Source of the DNA: an uncultured Planctomycetaceae bacterium
Lineage (GTDB): Bacteria > Planctomycetota > UBA8742 > UBA2392
Length of the DNA stretch: 64,000 nt
Direction: 5' to 3'
Assembly (NCBI GenBank): GCA_964652605.1
Contig: CAZZBH010000002.1
Coordinates: forward strand, 5,956 to 69,955
Part shown: one piece after another, positions 59,435 through 64,000 of the stretch
Numbering within the stretch: position 1 is the first letter of the stretch
How the letters are laid out: every line of letters begins with the position of its first letter
The notes under the pieces: model-generated
Database searches by the model: none
Told to the model about the DNA's origin: nothing
Seen by the model: the letters and a program-made list of their open reading frames with translations, nothing else
Program-made: the position numbers and the translations under genes

Positions 59435-59563
59435 TCTTTGCTTGGTTTGCCTATCTTGCTGGTTGCCCTGGTTTCGTCAAGGTTTGGATGTCCTGGCTGG
59501 GTCTCCTCTGTTGCTGCGGCTGCATCTTTCTTCGTGGCTTCCTTGGCGGCTTCCTGCTTGTGC

Positions 59564-62500
59564 TTATGCCGACTTGAGCGTGGCGTAGCGCTTCAGCAGC
59601 CTTGCCGTTAGCGGCTTCTTCAACTTCCATACGATGCTCATTGGCCTTGAGCCTTCGTGCTTCACGTACTCCGCTGGGCCTGCGCATACGTAGGCTTGTT
59701 TCTGGTTTTCGCGCACGAACAGGATGAATCTTGCGTTGCCTTCCAGACCTCGGTACCGACGGCCGCTCGGCGAATCCTCGCTCGTTGTGCTCTGGGATTG
59801 CCAGTGAAAAAACGAATCGCTGATCGCGTAATCGTGGTAGCGCGTCGTCGGCGAAAACTTCTTCTCGGACTTGTTCAGCGTCACGAACATCAGCTCAGTC
59901 CGAATGCCCTCAAGCCAGATTCTTCCCTCTCTCAAAGGCGGCTGGGCCTCGGTCGTCCAGCGTCCGAAGGCCGTCAGCACATCTTCTTCGCGGGCGTAGC
60001 TGCGATGCAGGGCGATGGGAATCCCAGGTGCCACGGCCACGCCTGAGCTGCTGCGCTCCAGTAGTAGTTCACAAAGCTGTCGGAACTCATCTGATGCCGC
60101 TTGGTTGGCGGCGATGGCTTTGATCCCGGACGCTTCTGTCGTGTTCATGAAGGGTCGAGAACCGACTCGGAAAGAAAGCATCATCAGCCTGCAGCGGTCC
60201 GCTTTGGTCAGCTTCGACATATCGAGCGGACTTGAAAGCGCGTCCAGATACAGCCGCAGTCGGGATGTTTCGTCAATATAGAGCATTCGCCCAAAGCGTT
60301 TGCACAATTGCTCTTCTCCGGGCGCAGTTTCCGCTGGCAGCAATCCTGCGAGGCGCTTGAGCGCGGTCCAGCTGTCGGCGCGCCGGTAAACATCTTCGAG
60401 CTCGTAGCCGGATTCCTTCAGATACGTTGCCAGCGATACGTCTTCGCCGTGTTCGCGAGCGATGTCTCTGAGCTCGTGCGCCAGGCGGATACGCGATGCC
60501 TGCACAGCGTGGCGGATGTTCTCCAGCACAATCTGGCTTGACATGCGGTCAAGTTGCACATGGCATCCAGCCGGCAGCGACGGGAAGCCCTCCTCAACGG
60601 CCTGAATGAGGCGGCCGCGGGAGGTTCCTGTCATGGCCAGCAACTTCATGTCAAACCGAAACCTGCGGTGCGCGTGCCCTACGAAATCCAGGACAAGTGT
60701 CGTTGTCTTGCCCCTGCTTGGTCGCAGACCGCGCCCCAACTGTTGAAGGAACACGGTTGGGCTTTCCGTCGGCCGGAGCATCAGAAGGCAGTCGGCCTCC
60801 GGGATGTCCACGCCTTCGTTGTAAAGATCGCAGGTGAAGATTGCGTTGATCTCGCGCGTACGCAATCGGGCAATCGCTGACTCGCGGACCGTTGCGTCGC
60901 TGTTGCCGTGAACAGCAATTGCCGGAATCCCCGCTTCATTGAATCGCCTTGCCATGTACTCGGCGTGTGCCACACTGACGCAGAAGCCGAGTGCGCGTGC
61001 TTCTTTGATCTGTCCGTAGTGCTCCTGAAACTGGCGGATGACGAGGGCGGCGCGGAGGTCGTGTCCCGTGTAAATGCGGTCAAGTTCGCCGAGGTCGTAG
61101 CCGCCGCGCCGCCAGCGAACCTTGCTGAGATCGATGCCATCATGAATGCCATAGTAATCGAACGGAGTCAGAAGCTGGCGCTCCAGCGCGTCCCAGAGGC
61201 GGATCTCCGCCGCCGTTCGACCCTCAAACCAGTGCAACACATCAAGGCCGTCCGTCCGCTCTGGCGTTGCGGTCAACCCGAGCAAGATCCGCGGGTTCAG
61301 CCGGTTCAGTAGCTCGGTGTAGCTGGCGGCGGCTGCGTGGTGGAACTCATCGATTACAACGTAGTCCCAGTATTCGCCGCCGTGCTGCGCCAGCAGATTT
61401 CGTGAACGCAGGCTCTGGATCGTGGCAAACAGATGGTTGTGGCTTTGCGGCTCGTACCCGCCACCGAGCATGTCCCCGAAACTATGGTCGTGCAGGACAT
61501 GGCGAAATGACGTCAGCGCCTGCTTCAGCAACTCCTCGCGGTGGGCAACAAACAGCAGTCCTGGCTTCAGCCCATCGCTGCGAATCTGCCGGGCATAGTC
61601 GAACGCGGCAAGCATTGTCTTTCCCGTTCCGGTAGCGGCGACCACAAGATTGTGGAAACGCCCGCGTTCGGCGCGTTCGACCTCCAGCACATCAAGAATT
61701 TCCTGCTGGAAGGGGTAGGGCTGAAACGTGAAGTAAGCTGGAAGTTGCGTGGTAAGCTCACGACTTCCGCGGCCTTCAGCGAGCGAGGCTATGAGGCGCC
61801 CCCGGGCGTCTTCGTCATCAGGGTTGTAGGGCTCAAACTCGCCGTCTTCCCACAACGAATCAAACGCTCCCCGGTACTTCTCAATGATGTGTGGAGCATC
61901 GGGCTGGCAGGCTTTGAGTGTCCATTCCAAGCCAGTATCCAGCGCAGACGCCGAGACGTTCGCGGACCCGACATACACTGTGCTGAAACCAGACAGCCTG
62001 TGAAACATCCAGGCCTTGGCATGCAGACGCGTTCGCCTGTGATCGAATGAGACGCGAACCTCAACACCGGGCAGGCGCGCCAGCCAATTCAACGCTTCAG
62101 CGTCGCTTGCGCCCATGTACGTTGTGCTGAGAACGCGCACCCTGCGACCGGCGCGGGCCATCTGCTCGAATGACTGCCTGAGTCGCAAGAGCCCCCGCCA
62201 CTTGATGAAGCTTACCAGCACGTCTGCGGCATCGGCAGTTGCGAGCTCGGCCTGAAGTTCGAGCCCGAGTCGTGGTTCTCCCTGTGCGCCCGTCAGGAGT
62301 TCGCTTATTGCGAGCGGCGTACTTGGGCGCCTTGGTTCTGCGCCCCGCGGATAGATGGCCAGAAGCTGTTCCGCGGGTGCGTGAATGTCAAGCTCGGTTG
62401 GGGCTGCGCCCGGAAAACGCTGCCGCACCAGCGACAGAATCTCATTGCAAAGCGCAAGCTGGTGCTCTGTTCGGTGATCTGCTGGCACGCCGTGCAGGGC

Positions 62501-62668
62501 GCGGGAAAGTTCACCAGCGACATAGCGTGCCAGTACGTCGGCGGAATCAGCGGCATCCAACTTGCGGCGATCAGCACTTCGGCCGGACTCCGATATGCCG
62601 GTAAGCCGGTCCTCGATCAGTCTGTTAATCAGTTGCTCGTAGAGGCCATCTGGCAAACCGTTCGTCAT
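59564..62668 (-). CDS. PLD-like nuclease / DEAD-DEAH helicase / DUF3427 three-domain protein (chromosomal, outside the island)
   Basis: PLD motifs are LHAKAWMF...GSANVSASAL. The helicase has Walker A AATGTGKT, DEFHH and helicase-C motifs, and the C-terminal region is DUF3427-like. The track ORF start at 62968 gives ~100 aa of low-complexity Arg/Pro sequence; MTNGLPDGLYEQL at 62668 is the likely start. Confidence 0.7.
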   Translation of the reverse strand: MTNGLPDGLYEQLINRLIEDRLTGISESGRSADRRKLDAADSADVLARYVAGELSRALHGVPADHRTEHQLALCNEILSLVRQRFPGAAPTELDIHAPAEQLLAIYPRGAEPRRPSTPLAISELLTGAQGEPRLGLELQAELATADAADVLVSFIKWRGLLRLRQSFEQMARAGRRVRVLSTTYMGASDAEALNWLARLPGVEVRVSFDHRRTRLHAKAWMFHRLSGFSTVYVGSANVSASALDTGLEWTLKACQPDAPHIIEKYRGAFDSLWEDGEFEPYNPDDEDARGRLIASLAEGRGSRELTTQLPAYFTFQPYPFQQEILDVLEVERAERGRFHNLVVAATGTGKTMLAAFDYARQIRSDGLKPGLLFVAHREELLKQALTSFRHVLHDHSFGDMLGGGYEPQSHNHLFATIQSLRSRNLLAQHGGEYWDYVVIDEFHHAAAASYTELLNRLNPRILLGLTATPERTDGLDVLHWFEGRTAAEIRLWDALERQLLTPFDYYGIHDGIDLSKVRWRRGGYDLGELDRIYTGHDLRAALVIRQFQEHYGQIKEARALGFCVSVAHAEYMARRFNEAGIPAIAVHGNSDATVRESAIARLRTREINAIFTCDLYNEGVDIPEADCLLMLRPTESPTVFLQQLGRGLRPSRGKTTTLVLDFVGHAHRRFRFDMKLLAMTGTSRGRLIQAVEEGFPSLPAGCHVQLDRMSSQIVLENIRHAVQASRIRLAHELRDIAREHGEDVSLATYLKESGYELEDVYRRADSWTALKRLAGLLPAETAPGEEQLCKRFGRMLYIDETSRLRLYLDALSSPLDMSKLTKADRCRLMMLSFRVGSRPFMNTTEASGIKAIAANQAASDEFRQLCELLLERSSSGVAVAPGIPIALHRSYAREEDVLTAFGRWTTEAQPPLREGRIWLEGIRTELMFVTLNKSEKKFSPTTRYHDYAISDSFFHWQSQSTTSEDSPSGRRYRGLEGNARFILFVRENQKQAYVCAGPAEYVKHEGSRPMSIVWKLKKPLTARLLKRYATLKSA

Positions 62669-62757
62669 CGTGTTGCCAGGGTAGCGTTGCTGGCGACAAA
62701 TCCCATCGGGCACTTTCAGTGGCTGGCACTGATGCAAAATGCTGCTTTGATGCCGGT

Positions 62758-63729
62758 ATGAGCGAGATTGATGTTCTGGCAATTGGCAATGCGCTGGTGG
62801 ATGTGCTTGCGCATTCGGACGACTCCTTTCTTGAGGCCCGCGGCATTGCCAAGGGCTCGATGACCTTGATCGACGCGGCGCAGGCTGAGGCGCTTTATGC
62901 TTCGATGGGGCCCGCCGTTGAGATCTCGGGCGGCAGCGCGGCAAACACCATTGCCGGCCTGGCATCACTGGGCGGGCGCGGCGCGTTTGTCGGCAAGGTT
63001 TCGGCTGATCAGATTGGCGCGATCTTTCGGCACGACATCACGGCGCTTGGCGTGGAGTTCACCAGTGCTCCGTTTCAGGACGGCAAGCCCAGCGGCCGTT
63101 GTCTGATCTTCGTGACACCCGACGCGCAGCGCACGATGCAGACGTTTCTGGGCAGCGCGGGAGAGGTCGGGCCCGACGATATCGACGCCGAACAGATCGC
63201 GCGCGCGCGATACACCTACTTCGAAGGCTACCTGTGGGACGCCGCGCCGGCCAAGCAGGCGTACGTCAAAGCCGCCGGCATCGCACACGCCGCAGGCCGC
63301 AAGACCGCGCTGACACTGAGCGACACCTTCTGCGTCGATCGTCATCGCGCCGAGTTTGTTGACCTGGTGCATGGGCACGTTGACTTGCTGTTCGCGAACG
63401 AGGCCGAGATTCACGCGTTGTACCAAGCCAACACGCTGGAGGAGGCGGTCGCGGCTGTGCGCGGCAAGTGCGACATTGCGGCGATCACGCGCAGCGAAAA
63501 GGGCGCGCTGATCGTGACAGCGGACGAAACGTTCGAGATCGCGGCGCACCCGGTTGCCAAGGTCGTGGATACAACGGGCGCCGGTGACCTGTTTGCTGCC
63601 GGCTTTCTTTACGGGTTAACGCAGGGCAAGCCGCTGCCTGAGTGCGGACGCATCGCGGCGATCTGCGCGGCTGAAATTATCAGTCACTTCGGTGCGCGGC
63701 CTGAGGTGAGACTATCCTCGTTGATCTAG
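62758..63729 (+). CDS. PfkB-family carbohydrate/adenosine kinase (ribokinase-like)
   Basis: The N-terminus is DVLAIGNALVDV and the C-terminal motif is DTTGAGDLFAAGFLYGL. I placed the start at MSEIDV (62758). Confidence 0.75.
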   Translation: MSEIDVLAIGNALVDVLAHSDDSFLEARGIAKGSMTLIDAAQAEALYASMGPAVEISGGSAANTIAGLASLGGRGAFVGKVSADQIGAIFRHDITALGVEFTSAPFQDGKPSGRCLIFVTPDAQRTMQTFLGSAGEVGPDDIDAEQIARARYTYFEGYLWDAAPAKQAYVKAAGIAHAAGRKTALTLSDTFCVDRHRAEFVDLVHGHVDLLFANEAEIHALYQANTLEEAVAAVRGKCDIAAITRSEKGALIVTADETFEIAAHPVAKVVDTTGAGDLFAAGFLYGLTQGKPLPECGRIAAICAAEIISHFGARPEVRLSSLI

Positions 63730-64000
63730 TTTCGCCTATGGCAACTGCCTTGCGCGTAGGCGCGGAGGTTACGCGGTAGTGCCTCAGTTTGCCTCAGGAA
63801 TGGAGTCAAGACTGCGCAACGCGGAGACGCGGAGCACAGCCGCAGAGTACAGCCAGCACGCTCATGCGAGTCCGTCGAAGGCCTGGCGCCTGAGAGATGC
63901 GCAACACTCAAGGTGCGGACGCTGCGGCGGTTGTTCAGCCCGAGTCCGCAAGGCGCCGCTGGTTATTCGTTCTTACCGGCGTGCCAAAAAGGTTTCCTCT

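Noticed and set aside
62669-62968. N-terminal 100 aa of the track ORF 59564-62968
   Set aside because: It is Arg/Pro/Ser-rich low-complexity sequence preceding a clean helicase N-terminus (MTNGLPDGLYEQL), and it overlaps the divergent PfkB kinase upstream region.

Overview
High-GC bacterial chromosomal window with an apparently syntenic housekeeping left third and a ~37-kb genomic island in the middle and right.

Left third, 1-22.4 kb: a secreted protein gene whose 3' end runs off the window start (it is missing from the ORF track), tRNA-Ala(CGC), H+-pyrophosphatase hppA, a secreted TPR/HExxH protein plus a CPBP protease, uvrC, a TetR-regulated RND efflux operon, rpsU, an ABC transporter, tRNA-Ser(GGA), a DUF721 protein, gyrB and a DUF2277 protein.

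Genomic island, 22444-59404: it is bounded by a 45-bp direct repeat that is the 3' half of tRNA-Gly(CCC); the intact tRNA lies at 59360-59434 on the minus strand. A tyrosine integrase sits at the left end and an excisionase-like HTH plus an HUH rolling-circle Rep at the right end. Matching GGTGGTA-CTTTT-GGTGGTA arm-type repeats lie inside both ends.

Island cargo is dominated by defence-type genes: an AbiEi/AbiEii toxin-antitoxin pair, a DUF3883 nuclease-like protein, a Hanks Ser/Thr kinase operon, a GHKL ATPase, a double-DUF4145 protein and a DUF932 protein.

The most interesting cargo is a co-directional cluster at 28235-39123: a PLD-SNF2 helicase, an MmeI/Eco57I-family N6-adenine methyltransferase, a sigma-70 factor whose N-terminal domain is a catalytically degenerate copy of the methyltransferase's N-terminal nuclease-like head, a DprA/Smf(SLOG)-like protein and an AIPR-like protein. 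It resembles a trimmed DISARM class 1 system (no DrmA/DrmB) and no BREX PglZ/BrxC is present, so I rate it a candidate undescribed defence/regulatory system.

The island also carries a replication module: a beta-clamp-like protein, a Cas4/RecB-like nuclease and a family A DNA polymerase remnant interrupted by a LAGLIDADG homing endonuclease. A 27-nt poly-G tract lies at 45864-45890.

Outside the island, a DUF3427-type PLD-helicase and a PfkB kinase flank the tRNA-Gly.
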